Positions 12,466 to 25,574 of a stretch of DNA of 64,000 bases are shown piece by piece. Under the pieces are notes generated by a model. That model was given only the letters and a program-made list of their open reading frames with translations. It had not been told where the DNA came from and did no database searches. The DNA is taken from assembly GCF_009914755.1 (NCBI RefSeq), contig NC_060942.1. One strand, given 5' to 3'. A program made the translations under genes and the position numbers. The DNA is from the human T2T-CHM13v2.0 reference genome, Homo sapiens. How positions within the stretch are numbered: position 1 is the first letter of the stretch; each line of letters begins with the position of its first letter.

Positions 12466-15400
12466 TCCTTCAATTGAAGGTCTGTCTATCTAAACACATT
12501 TTGAGAGCTTATCTTATTTGGGGCTCATCAGCAGGATCCATTCATTCTGTTTATCCTCAAAATCTAGATGATTTTCTCTTCTGGTCCTTTGCAGGAATAA
12601 CCAGCAACAATTGGCAAGAGGGCTGGTTGTGGCAGTAGGAGGTACGCTGGCACTGAAGATGCCCAAGTTCTTCTTTTTATTTCTTTCTGGAGGAAAGCCA
12701 GTGCCATTGTTGGCAGATCCTGGGCTGAAAATAAGGAGTTGTCACCTTACCTCTGCCCTAATTAGTTGTGTAGCCTCAGTCAAATCAATTCCCCTTTATG
12801 CACTTTAATTCTGCCCATCTATACAATGATGGAGGCTAAATTAAATTAATTCAAAGACCCCACAATGCCAAAGATTCCAAGAAAATTGATGAACTTTTGA
12901 TTTTTAAAAAATCAAATGAACCTCAATTTGCAACAATATTCAGTGGTTTCACTGTCAAATTGTAGTTTCTAAAGAAGAAGTCTAGGTTTAGCCCAACCTA
13001 GAGTTTGGCTGTTTTCCCACATGACTCCTGAGAATGGAATAGCCTCTGACTCTCCTCCAAACACTGTAACAGAGACAGGAGTGCCAGATATGTTAGAAGG
13101 TATAAGCATAAAACAATAAGTCAATGACACTGAAAACATATAAGGCACTAGGTAACACCAAACTGAGAACAGGAGAGAGATAAGAGAGTGCTGTAACGCT
13201 AGCACAGCCCCTGATTCTCAGGAGGAATTGTCTGTGAAAGGACAGACTGAGCTACGGAGGGACACACAGCAACCCTGCTCATGGCAGGTGGATGGCGTAG
13301 CACTCCTTTGCCAGACATGACATTCAGGGAGATGCAATAGGAGTATATGGAGGATATCTTTGTTGGGAGGAGTCACTCTCTTCAGCATTAAACATCTCAT
13401 TAAGTGACTTCCTCAATTTCAGTGATGTCCAGAAGCTTTCAGAGATAATCTGAGCAGTCAGTGAACTGATGTGTCTGCCAAGGCATGAATAGCATAGATT
13501 GTTCAGTGTTTGCCCTGGGTCTATCAGCAGTAATAAATTTTAATCGGTTAGGCACTTTTTAAGCATGCTACTGTTTGCCAAACATTATTTTTGGCAGGCA
13601 TCTGTAACAAAACCTAATGCATTATGCATATTATTTCTATGGTATTTCATTGTATTAGCACATGTAGTATTTGTATGGAATTTTTGTAAATTCATTACCA
13701 AAGTAGTATCACATTAATTATTCTGGTTTAAAAAGTATTAGGAAAAAAATAATCCTGGGGAGCATACATCATATCATGGGGAAGTGGGAATGATCTATTG
13801 TCATTTAAATTGTGGAAAAATATTAGCATGTATACGAGAAAAATAACTTATAAAAGTACACAGCAAGTGTGAAAAAAGTGAATTATTAAATACATTGGTG
13901 TTTCCTTAAATACTGAATGCCTAATTTCAGAATTCTAATGACAATCATTATTACAGATTTTACTGATTGGTTTTATTTAACAGTATAACTTAGTGGAAGA
14001 GACCCATAAGACTTATTTCATTTCTCTGTGTCGTATTTCTTTGGTATCCTGATCTGCTAAATCATACTTTCTCACTCTTTTTCCCCCTTCTGTTTCTGTC
14101 CATCTCTGAGGTGCAGAGGTCCTGGGCCTTTGAACTTTGTATAACTCTTTCTTCTTAAATCCCTAGTATAGGGAAACTATACCATAGTAAAATTATCTAT
14201 CTTGGCTGGAAACTACTCCAATAATTCAGTTCTCCACTGAAGTGTAAGATTTAGCTCTATTAAGTGTCTCTTAGTATCACTCTTCTATTCTTATAAGATA
14301 GGGTCATGAAAATTAGTAGTAAATTATTTTCTCTACCCTACTGGAGATTATATTATTTCCAGTGGTTTCTAGAACCTTGATTTGTCTTGTTCTTCCAAAT
14401 TTGACAAATAATGTCTAGGGCACTCTTCCCTTTAGAAACTATTTTACAACACAGTAGTTTATCATTGTCAGGAAATGTTATAGCTATTCTTCTTTTCACA
14501 GGTTTTGATTCAGATAACACCTCTCTCCAAGAAAGTCAAAAATCTCTGCAAATATTGCTTTCCATAGCTTCACAACAGTCCTTTGATGCAGGGCAATTCT
14601 TTCTCACTGCTACTAAAAAAATGAACAACCTTTGCCCTACGCAACACTGTGCTAGGCAACAAGTGACTGAAATAAATGCTCAATTTACCTTTTAGAAATA
14701 TAAACCCAAAGGCATCATATTTGAATAGTCAGGAAAATAAAATACACCTACTGTATTACATAGTATTAAAAAACTGATTATATATTATTTGAATTACATG
14801 AAATTATATTATTTAAATTAGAAGGAAAAACGTATTTTTTTAAAGCAGAGACTTAATACATTTATCAGGATAATGACAATTTATAAGGCTAATGGCTATT
14901 ACACTTATAAATTCAGTTACCCATATTCCATAGAACATAAGAATCGAGTCTTTATTTCATTCCATTCAGAGCTGCACAGCTAGTGCAAACTTTTCTTCAA
15001 TATTTCTACATAAATCCTCCTTCCTGACTCACGTTCCATTCTGACTATGAAAAATCAATAAGACCTTGACCTTGTTGCTTTCATGTTTCATGCACTAATT
15101 CATAACTAGAATTAAACTCCCCCCAAAAAAGTCAATCACCGTGAACGGGAGCCAGGACTAGAATGCACCTCTAGACAGAGCAGCCGGCAGCGGCTCGCAT
15201 TGTGAATTTTAGCTCCAGATTGACTACAAGAGCAAACTAACAATCCCAAGAGGACACACAGACCCTCTGACGGAAGTGGACTGCTCCTGCAGGACCTGGG
15301 AGACACCGCAAATACTGTGAGCGCCCCAACTGCGGAAGCGGGAAAAGGAGACCCTCCTCTCCTGAACACACCCCCCTAACTGGAGAAGCTGAAGTTCTGT

Positions 15401-16546
15401 TTGCCTGAGAAATTTCTGACTTTACCTGGAGCTGAGTCAATTAGGAGAGCCAAGGGAAATACAGAGGTAGAGGAAGCAGCAGCAAGGCCCTGGGAGCCCG
15501 CTGGGTTCTGGAGCAGGCCATTCCTGCTTGGCACCACAGGGATCCAACGAGAGAGGACCAGGGGCTAAAACTACACGGGGAGAAGCAAATCTCTAGATGA
15601 ACTTTGTAAAAATTTGAACGGGGTGAGAAGCCTCCTGGACAGAACTTGGGGGAGGGCACGAATTGGGGATACAGACTCCACAGGCAGGGGAAGAACCAAG
15701 CCCTTTACTTTAGCAGCTGGGAGGCGGATAGCCTGGGGCAGGTTTTCAAGCCCATATTGCTCTCTGCCTGGGAAAGGTCTGGGGGCTGTTGGGGCAGACA
15801 CAGTGGAAGTGAGACCAGCCCTTTGGTTTGCGTCCAGAGCTGGGTGAGGCCTATGACTGCCAGCTTTCCCCCACTTCCCTGACAACCTGCATGACTCAGC
15901 AAAAGCAGCTGCATAATCCTCCTAGGTATACAACTCCAGTATACAACTCCCATCTCCCACAGCAGCAAGACCCACCCCAGAGAGTCTGAACTCAGACACG
16001 CCTAGACTCACCCCCACCTGATGATCCTTCCCTATCCACCCTGATAGCGGAAGACAAAGGGCATATAATCTTGGGAGTTCTAGGGCCCCGCCCAACCACT
16101 GGTCCCTCTCCATGCTACTTACAGCTGATTCTTTCTGGAAAGCGCCACCTCCTGGCAGGAGGCCAACCAACACAAAAATAGAGCATTAAACCACCAAAGC
16201 TAAGAACTCTCACTGAGTCCTGCACCCCCGCCACCTCCACCGGAACAGGCACTGGTTCCATGGCTGAGAGACCCATAGACGGTTCACATCACAGGACTCT
16301 GTGCAGACAACCCCCAGTACCAGCCTGGAGCCAGGTAGATTTGTTGGGTGGCTAGACCCAGAAGAGAGAGAGCAATCACTACATTTTGGCTCACAGGAAG
16401 CCACATCCATAGGAAAAGGGGGAAAGTAATACATCAAAGGAACACCCCATGGGACAAAAGAATCTGAACAACAGACTTCAGCCCTAGACCTTCCCTCTGA
16501 CAGAGCATACCCAAATCAAAAGGAACCAGAAACCCAACCCTGGTAA

Positions 16547-17529
16547 TATGACAAAACAAGGCTCTTCTACACCACCAAAAAATCACACTAGTTCACCAGC
16601 AATGGATCCAAACCAAGAAGAAATTCCTGATTGACAGAGAATTCAAGAGGTTAGTTATTAAGCTAATCAGGGAGGGACTAGAGAAAGGCAAAGCCAAATG
16701 CAAGGAAATCCAAAATATGATACCAGAAGTGAAGGGAGAAATATTCAAGGAAATAGATAGCCTAAAGAAAAAAAAATAAAGAATTTAGGAAACTTTGGAG
16801 GCGCTTTTGGAAATGTGAAATGCTCTGGAAAGTCTCAGCAATAGAATTGTACAAGTAGAACAAAGAAATTCAGAGCTCAAAGACACGATCTTCGAATTAG
16901 CCCAATCCAACAAAGGCAAAGAAAAAAGAGTAAGAAAATATGAACAAAGCCTCCAAGACGTCTGGGATTACGTGAAACAACCCAAACTAAGAATAATCTG
17001 TGTTCCTGAGGAAGAAGAGAATTCTAAAAGCTTGGAAAACATATTTGGGGGAATAATAGAGGAAAACTTCCCCAGCCTTGCTAGAAACCTAGACATTTAA
17101 ATACAAGAAGCACAAAGAACACCCGAGAAATTCATAGCAAAAAGATCTTTGCCTAGGCACATTGTCATTGGGTTATCCAAAGTTAAGATGAAGGAAAGAA
17201 TCTTAAGAGCTGTGAGACAGAAGCACCAGGTAACCTATAAAGGAAAACCTATCATATTAACAGCAGATTTCTCAGCAGAAACCCTACAAGCTGGAAGGGA
17301 TTGGGGCCCTATCTTCAGCCTCCTCAAACAAAACAATTATCAGGCAAACATTTTGTATACAATGAAACTAAGCATCATATATGAAGGAAAGATACAGTCT
17401 TTTTCAGACAAACAAATGCTGGGAGAATTTGCCATTACCAAGCCACCACTACAAGAACTGCTAAAAGGAGCTCTAAATCTTGAAACAAATCCTGGAAACA
17501 CATCCAAACAGAACCTCTTTAAAGCATAA
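16547..17529 (+). pseudogene. LINE-1 ORF1p remnant (frameshifts and stops)
   Basis: ORF 17149-17529 PRHIVIGLSKVKMKERILRAVRQKHQVTYKGKPIILTADFSAETLQA...PPLQELLK is the typical ORF1p C-terminal region; 5' boundary approximate. Confidence 0.88.
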
Positions 17530-17616
17530 ATCACACAGGACCTATAAAACAAAAATACCAGTTAAAAAGCAAAAACAAAAAACAAAAAAAAACAAAGCAC
17601 ACAGGCAACAAAGAGC

Positions 17617-20600
17617 ATGATGAATGCAATGGTACCTCACATTTCAATAGTAACATTGAATGTAAATGGCTTAAATGCTCCACTTAAAAGATACAGAACC
17701 ACAGAATGGATAAGAACTCACAAACTAACCATTTGCTGCCTTCAGGAAACTCACCTAGCACATAAGGACTCACATAAACTTAAAGGGATGGAAAAGGCAT
17801 TTTGTGCAAATGAACACCAAAAGCGAGCTATTCTTATATCAGACAAAACAAACTTTAAAGCAACAGCAGTTAAAAGAGACAACGAGGGACATTATATAAT
17901 GGTAAAAGGCCTTGTCCAACAGGAAAATTTCACAATTCTAAACATATATGCACCTAACACACTGGAGCTCCCACATTTATAAAACAATTACTAATTGTTT
18001 TAGTAATGAGATAGACAGAAATGAGATAGAAATGAGATAGACAGCAACACAGTAATAGTCAGGGACTTCAATACTCCACCAACTGCACTAGACAGGTCAT
18101 CAAGACAAAAAGTGAACAAAGAAACAATGGATTTAAACTATACCTTGGAACAAATGAACTTAACAGATGTATACAGAACATTCATCCAAGAACCACAGAA
18201 TACACGTTCTATTTAACAATGCATGGAACTTTCTCCAAGATAGACCATATGACAGGCCATTCTCTCTCAGACCACAGTGGAATAAAACTGAAAATCAACT
18301 CCAAAAGGAACCTTCAAAACCATGCATATACATGGAAATTAAATAATCTGCTCCTGAATGAGCATTGGGTCAAAAACAAAATCAAGATGGAAATTTAAAA
18401 ATTCTTTGAACTGAATGACAGTAATGACACAACCTACCAAAATCTCTGTGATACAGCAAAGGCGATGCTAAGAGGAAATTCCATAGCCCTAAATACCTAC
18501 ATCAGAAAGACTGAAAGAGCACAAACAGACAATCTAAGGTCACACCTCAAGGAGCTAGAAGAACAAGAACAAATCCAACCCAAATCCAGCAGAAGAGAGG
18601 AAATAACCAAGATCAGAGCAGATTTAAATGAAATTGAAACAAACAAACAAACAAAAAATAAATGAAACAAAAAGCTGGTTCCTTGAAAAGTAAGTAAAAC
18701 TGATAGACCGTTGGCAAGACTAACCAAGAAAAAAAGAGACAAAATCCAAATAACCTCACTGAGAAATAAAACAGGAGATATTACAACTGACAGCACTGAA
18801 ATACAAGAGATCATTCAAGGCTACTATGAACACCTTTATGCACATAAACTAGAAAACCTAAAAGAGATGGATAAATTCCTGGAAAAATATAACCCTCCTA
18901 GCTTAAACCAGGAAGAATTAGATACCCTGAACAGAGCAATAACAAGCAGTGAGACTGAACAGACCAATAACAACAGCAAGACTGAACAGATCAATAATGA
19001 GCAGCAAGACTGAAATTATAATTTAAAAATTACCATGAAAAAAAAGTTCAGGACCAGATGGATTCACACCAGAATCCTACGAGACGTTCAAAGAAGAATT
19101 GGTACCTATTCTTGTGACACTATTCCACAAGATAGAGAAAGAAGAAACCCTCCCTAATTCATTCTATGAAGCCAGCATCACCCTAATACCAAAACCAGGA
19201 AAGGGCGTAACCAAAAAAGAAAACTACAGACTGATATCCTTGATGCACATAGATGCTAAAATCCTTGACAAAATACTTGCTAACTGAATCCAACAACATA
19301 TCAAGAAGATATTCCACCATGATAAAGTGGGTTTCATACCAGGGATGCAGGGATGGTTTAACATACACAAGTCCATGTGATACACCTCATAAACAGAATT
19401 AAAAACAAAAATCACATGATCATTTCAATAGATGCAGAAAAAGCATTTGACAAAATCCAGCATTGCCTTATGATTAAACTCTCAGCAAAATTGGCATACA
19501 AGGGACATATCTTAATGTAATAAAAGCCATCAATGACAAACTCCCAGCCAACATAATACTGAATTGGGAAAAGTTGAAAGCATTCCCTCTGAGAACCGGA
19601 ACAAGACAAGGATACCCACTCTCATGACCCCTCTTCAACATAGTATTGGAATTCCTAGCCAGAACAATCAGACAAGAGAAAGAAATGAAGGGCATCCAAA
19701 TTGGTAAAGAGGAAGTTGAACTGTCACTGTTTGCTGATGATATGATTGTTTAAATTGAAAACCCTAAGACCTCCTCCAGAAAGCTCTTAGAACTGATAAA
19801 AGAATTCAGCAAAGTTTCCAGATGTAAGATTAATGTACACAAATTAGTAGCTCTTCTATATACCAACAGCAACCAAGTGGAGAATCAAATCAAGAACTCA
19901 ACCCTTTTTACAATAGCTGCAAAAAAAAGAAAAAAAAAACTTAGGAATATACCTAACCAAGGAGTTGAAAGACCTCTACAAGGAAAACTACAAAATACTG
20001 CTGAAATAAATCATAGATCACACAAACAAATGGAAACACATCAAATGTTCATGGATGGGTAGAATCAATATTATGAAAAATGACCATACTGCCAAAAGGA
20101 ATCTACAAATTCAATATAACCCCCATCAAAATACCACCATCATTCTTCATAGAATTAGAAAAAACAATTCTAAAATTCATATGGAACCAAAAAAGAGCCC
20201 ACATAGCCAAAGCAACACTAAACAAAAAGAACAAAACTGGAGACATCACACTACCTGATTTCAAACTATACAATAAGGCCATAGTCACCAAAACAGCATG
20301 GTACTGGCATAAAAATAGGCACATAGACCAATGGAACAGAATAGAAAAGCCAGAAATTGACCCAAATACTTACAGCCAACTGATCTTTGACAAAGCAAAC
20401 AAAAACATGAAGTGGGGAAGGGACGCCCTTTTCAACAAATGGTGCTGGGATAATTGGCTAGCCACATGTAGGAGAATAAAACTGGATCCTCATCTCTCAC
20501 CTTACATAAAAATCAACTCAAGATGGATTAAGAACTTAAACCTAAGACCTGAAACTAAAAATTCTATAAGACAACATTGGAAAACCCCTTCTAGACATTA

Positions 20601-21304
20601 GCTTAGGCAAGGATTTCATAACCAAGAACCCAAAAGCAATTCAATAAAAACAAAGATAAATAGCTGGGACCTAATTAAACTAAAGAGTTTTTGCACGGCA
20701 AAAGGAACAATCAGCAGAGTAAACAGACAATCCACAGAGTGGGAGAAAATCTTCACTATCTATACATCTGACAAAGGACTAACATCCAGAATCTACAATG
20801 AACTCAAACAAATCTGTAAGAAAAAAACAAACAATCTCATCAAAAAGTGGGTTAAAGACATGAATAGATAATTCTCAAAAGAAGATATATAAATGGCTAA
20901 CAAACATGAAAAAAAGGCTCACTGTCACTAATGATCAGGGAAATGCAAATCAAAACCACAATGCAATACCACCTTATTCCTGCAAGAATGGCCATAATCA
21001 AAAAATAAAAAAAACAGTAGATGGTGGTGTGGATGTGGTGAACGGGAATACTTCTACACTGCTGGTGGGAATGTAAACTAGCACAGCCGCCATGGAAAAC
21101 AGTGTGGAGGTTCCTTAAAGAACTAAAAGTAGAACTACCATTTGATCCAGCAATCCCACTACTGGGTATCTACCTAGAGGAAAAGAAGTCATGATTCGAA
21201 AAAGATACTTAAACATGCATGTTTATAGCAGCATACTTCACAATTGCAAAATCATGGAACCAACCCAAATGCCCATCCATCAACAAGTGGATAAAGAAAC
21301 TGTG

Positions 21305-21359
<55 letters not shown>

Positions 21360-21430
21360 TACACACACACACTCACACACACATACACACATATACGATG
21401 GAATACTATGCAGCCATAAAAAGGAATGAA
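17617..21430 (+). pseudogene. LINE-1 ORF2p remnant (APE endonuclease, reverse transcriptase, C-terminal region), multiply disrupted
   Basis: HISIVTLNVNGLNAPLKR and CCLQETHL (endonuclease), [18 protein letters not shown] and [21 protein letters not shown] motif at 19730-19741 followed by a [22 protein letters not shown]. Confidence 0.92.
21303..21395. repeat. Compound (TG)n(TA)n(CA)n microsatellite within the L1 3' region
   Basis: Read directly. Confidence 0.95.
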
Positions 21431-21935
21431 TTAACAGCGTTTGCGGTGACCTGGATGAGATTGGAGACTATTATTTTAAGTGAAGTAACTCAGAAATGGA
21501 AAACCAAACATCATACGTTCTCACTCATATGTGCGAGCTAGGCTGTGAGGATGCAAAGGCATAAGAATGATGCAATGGGCTTTGGGGAATTCGGGGGAAG
21601 AGTGGGAGGGGGGCAAGGGATAGAAGACTAAAAATATGGTGCAGTGTATACTGCTCGGGTGATGGGTGTACCAAAATCTCACAAATCACCAGTAAAGAAC
21701 TTACTCATGTAACCAAACACCACCTGTTCCCCAATGACCTATGGAAATAAAAATGTTGTTTTTAAAAATTAAACTTGCTCTGGGCAAAGACAATTGCTGT
21801 CTTAAGATTTTTTCCCCAAAACTAAAAACAATATGCTGTGTACAAATATGGCACTCAGGAAATATTTTTTGCTCATGATGTTCTTAATATTTTTTTTTAC
21901 TTGAAAATGAAAAAAAAATCTTCAATTTTAATTTA

Positions 21936-22227
21936 ATTTTTTTATTTTTATTTTTAGAGATAAAGTCTCACTCTGTTGCTCAGGCTGGAGTGCAATGGCA
22001 CAATCATAGCTCACTGCAACCTTAATCTCCTGGGTTGAGGCAATCATCCCACCTCAGCCTCCCACCTAGTTGCGACTATGGGTTTGGGCCATCACACCCA
22101 GCTAGTTTTTCAATATTTTGTAGAGATGAGGTCTTGCTATGTTACCCAGTCTGGTCTTGAACTCCTGGTCTCAAGCCTTGGTCTCCCAAAGTGCTGGGAT
22201 TACAGGCATGAGACGTTGCGCCTAGCC
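21936..22227 (-). mobile_element. AluJ
   Basis: Reverse-strand Alu with J-type caatcatagctcactgca and gaggtcttgctatgttaccc; small internal deletion near 22175. Confidence 0.88.
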
Positions 22228-23572
22228 CTAATAAGATTTTTGAGGAAGAGCTTTCCTTAAACTATTTTCCTTTGAGGAAAGTTAGATTGTTCAGTCAGAA
22301 ATTGAAAATGGCCACCTATCCAAACCTCTCAAATTAGTGTGTTTTATAAATATCTGAAGGAAACTTTAATGCCAAGAGAAAAGAAGAATGTTCTATAGTT
22401 AAAAAGCTTCAAAAAAGGGAGAAAAATCAATGTCTCCAGATCATTTGACATAGTCTCAGTGTTTGGTTGTAATTTAAGAAAGATTGAATGCTTAAGTTCA
22501 GAAGGTTCAGACAAGAAGATTTTCTACCTGCCACATTTTCAAGCTGTTGACCTAGTTTCCACAGGTGTACTGGGATGCTTCATCACTGACCATCAGAAGG
22601 AAATTTTCATGGTTAAGTCAGAAAATACCATGCTTACATTCTCCCTGGTTCTTTGAGAAAAGATGGGTTGAAGAAATTAGGGAATATTTGGGAAATATGA
22701 AGTTGATGGTAATTGGCCATCCTTCGCAATGCTCATTAAAACCAGCCCACATGATTTTTGCTCTTCTAAAATTTTTCCTTTCCTCCTGAAACTATATTTT
22801 CTAAAATCCTACTCATCAGCTAATTATGGTCCCAAGCTCCCAATCCCCCTACAGAAAGAATGTCCACTGCTTAGGAACTGATTGGTTATTTGGAGATAGA
22901 AGAAAATAGGATTGAAAGGACCAGTCTGTGCCATGGCCCACATTCCACACTATTTTCTCCTTGTGAAGTTGAAACTGGATCTAACCATTTGGAAATTATT
23001 TACCTACCCTCTCTCCCATCAAGAGGGAGGCAGAAAAACAAATGGGGTCATGAGTGCCAAGAACTTGTAGGCAAAGAGGAGAAGAAGAAGCCCTCCTTGC
23101 CAGGATAAAATGACCAACATTTCCATCTTGTTTGTCCTGACAAGTATAGAGTACCTTACAACTTTTGGCCCTTGCTGTGCCAAAACAGAGAAAATAATGC
23201 AGAAGAAATTAATAGTCAAGAACAGTATTTTGGTTTTTTTTTTTCTTCCTCTTCAAAAGTCTATGCTTTTTTGATCATATCAGAGGAAAGGGGTGAAGAT
23301 GGAAGGAGTCCATATGAAATCCATATAAGGAATTAAGTCATAATGACATAGTGTATTGTGTGTTTCCCAGGAAGCCATTTGCTCAAGGATTTATTAGGAT
23401 TTACTGTGTCTGTTTGGGCTGTGGTATGGGGAAAATGTGTTATACAGCCAAAACAGATGAGCATCACCAGACCCCCTTGGGCTGCATCAATATCAATTCC
23501 TGGAACTTGAATGTACAGTTAGAGGCAGTGAACTAGTTAAGTGGTCAAGCCCATTAAAAGTTAGTGTGTAGA

Positions 23573-23874
23573 GGCTGGGTGTGATGGCTCACGCCTGTAA
23601 TCCCAGCATTCTGGGAGGCCAAGGCGGGTGGATCATGAGGTCAGGAGATCGAGACCATCCTGGCTAACACGGTGAAACCCCGTCTCTACTAAAAAATACA
23701 AAACATTAGCTGGGCCTGGTGGCAGGAGCCTGTAGTCCCAGCTACTAGGGAGGCTGAGGCAGGAGAATGGCATGAACCTGGGAGGCGGAGCTTGCCGTGA
23801 ACCGAGATTGCGCCACCGTACTCCAGCCTGGGCGACAGAGTCAGACTCCGTCTCAAAAAAAAAAAAAAAAAAAA
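23573..23874 (+). mobile_element. AluY
   Basis: gagatcgagaccatcctggctaacacggtgaaacccc, gcggagcttg; TSD ttagtgtgtaga at 23561-23572 and 23875-23886. Confidence 0.93.
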
Positions 23875-23886
23875 TTAGTGTGTAGA

Positions 23887-24030
23887 GTCAGATGTGGTGG
23901 CTCCAGCCTATAATTCCAGTTAGTTGGGAGACTGAGGTGGGAGGATCACTTGAGCCCAAGAGTTTGAGGCTGCAGTGAGCTATCATTGCACCACTGTGTG
24001 ACAGAGTGAGATCCCATTTAAGAAAGAAAG
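23887..24030 (+). mobile_element. FRAM/AluJ-type monomer
   Basis: gactgaggtgggaggatcacttgagcccaagagtttgaggctgcagtgagctatcattgcaccactg; tail merges into GA-rich repeat. Confidence 0.8.
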
Positions 24031-24138
24031 AGAGAAAGAGAGAAGGAAGAAAGGAAAGAAGGAAAGAAGGAAGGAAGGAAGGAAGGGAGGGAGGGAGGGA
24101 GGGAGGGAGGGAAGGAGGAAGGGAAGGAAGGAGAAAAA
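24020..24138. repeat. Polypurine (GAAA/GGAA/GGGA)n tract
   Basis: Read directly; derived from the Alu monomer tail. Confidence 0.92.
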
Positions 24139-25574
24139 ATAGAAAAACAATTTGCTTGAGGAAGTTGCTTGATAGACTACTCTAAAAAGTATATTCATTA
24201 GCATTGACCCCATATATAGCAGATTTGAGTAGGAGGCAGCTTTTTCTTTGAATACTGGTTTATCTCTTCTATTTAGGGAAGAAAAGGGGGAAGTGTGTTT
24301 TTGTTGCTGTTGTTTGTTCATTTGTTTTTGTAAGAAGCGGATTTCCCCATTGATTTTGCATTTACATTGAGTTTTCTTGAGACATTGTATTTGAGTTTTG
24401 CTTTCCATTGTATGTAGATGAGATCTGCCTTGATCAGCTTTTGAGTAAGATTCAAGTGGGCACTGGTGTGATGAAAAACAGAGTATTATAACCTTGAGTA
24501 GTTCATCGCAGCTAGTAAGACTGGAAAATGCAAATGGCTTAGATTACACCGAGAAAATTCACAATAGCTCTCAGCCTTAAAGAGAAATGGAAGGTTCTAA
24601 GGCAGTTAAATTTTATACTTTCATTGACATAAACCACCTAACTAGCTGTTCTGCTTTCATGCCAAATTTTGGCTCTCTAATATTTGTATTATGTAGAAGG
24701 GTACTGTAAAATCTTTTAGTTATCTCTCAAAAATGGCATGAGATAACTGGATATTATTACTAGATCTGAAAATTTTAAAAAACAGCAAAGATACAAACAA
24801 AAGAAATAGAAAGTCTTGGAGTAAAAGCTTGTCCTCAAGAGATAACATTTTTACCTGGCATCATTTCAAAGGAAGTGAAAGGAATATCCCAGGTGCATTG
24901 TGGACATCATAAAGAATAAAAACAAAAGCTCGTTGGTGTGAATTTAAAAATAAAAAAAAATTATTGACTTCTATCTTAAGTATACATCTACCATGCAGCC
25001 CGTTCAGATGTAGCAGAGAGTTTGGTGAGTTCTAGACATGGAATGAGCTCTAACAAGGAAAACTTACCTAAATTTATTAATCTTAGCTGAAATAGCAACA
25101 CTTTTAAAATATGAAAGACTTGGCTGTATCAGACTTTTCTGTATCTTAATTAGTTTAAGAGCTTCAGCTTTCACAGGGGTGTTATTCTCAAAGCATTTGC
25201 ATTTGGAGGTTAGGTGCTTACAATTTTGGAATTACTTTCAGATTTTTGCAAGCTACAAAGGAAAAAAGGAAAGCATTACTTTAGAGCCATGATTTTGCTT
25301 TAGTTTGCACGATGACATACTGGAGAGGAGGAAGGGGTTAGATTCAGACAGCTGTTGGGTTGATCTGCCAGGGACTAACTTGTCTGGCCTTTGGTGAGTT
25401 GCTGATCTCTCTGAGTCTCAGTTTCCTGACTGGGCACGGAGTAACCCTGCATGCATTGTTTTATCCCAAGACTGCAATAATAAATGCGCTTTCTAATCAT
25501 CCTGAAGTCCCCTTTGAAGTTTTCAAGAAATTATAAGCTTAATTTCTACATTTTACATGTATGCATTTTGTAAA

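Larger units (their letters stand above)
15135..21760 (+). mobile_element. Near-full-length inactivated LINE-1, L1PB1-type (L1PBa 5' UTR)
   Basis: 5' UTR gcattgtgaattttagctccagattgact...gaccctctgacggaagtggactgctcctgcaggacc; ORF1 and ORF2 remnants in order; 3' UTR ctgctcgggtgatgggtgtaccaaaatctcacaaatcacc...cctatggaaataaaaa; possible eroded TSD aattaaact at 15110-15118 and 21767-21775. Confidence 0.92.

Noticed and set aside
12595-12641. Plus-strand 47-nt exon candidate (ttgcAG|...GAG|GTACGC)
   Set aside because: Not frame-preserving, moderate donor, no supporting context.
18929-19013. Short direct repeats as a CRISPR-like array
   Set aside because: No spacers, eukaryotic context, and the unit is L1 ORF2 sequence.
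17149-21541. L1 ORFs as functional genes or an active retrotransposon
   Set aside because: Many stops, frameshifts, a deletion and duplications; a stop follows shortly after the FADD motif.
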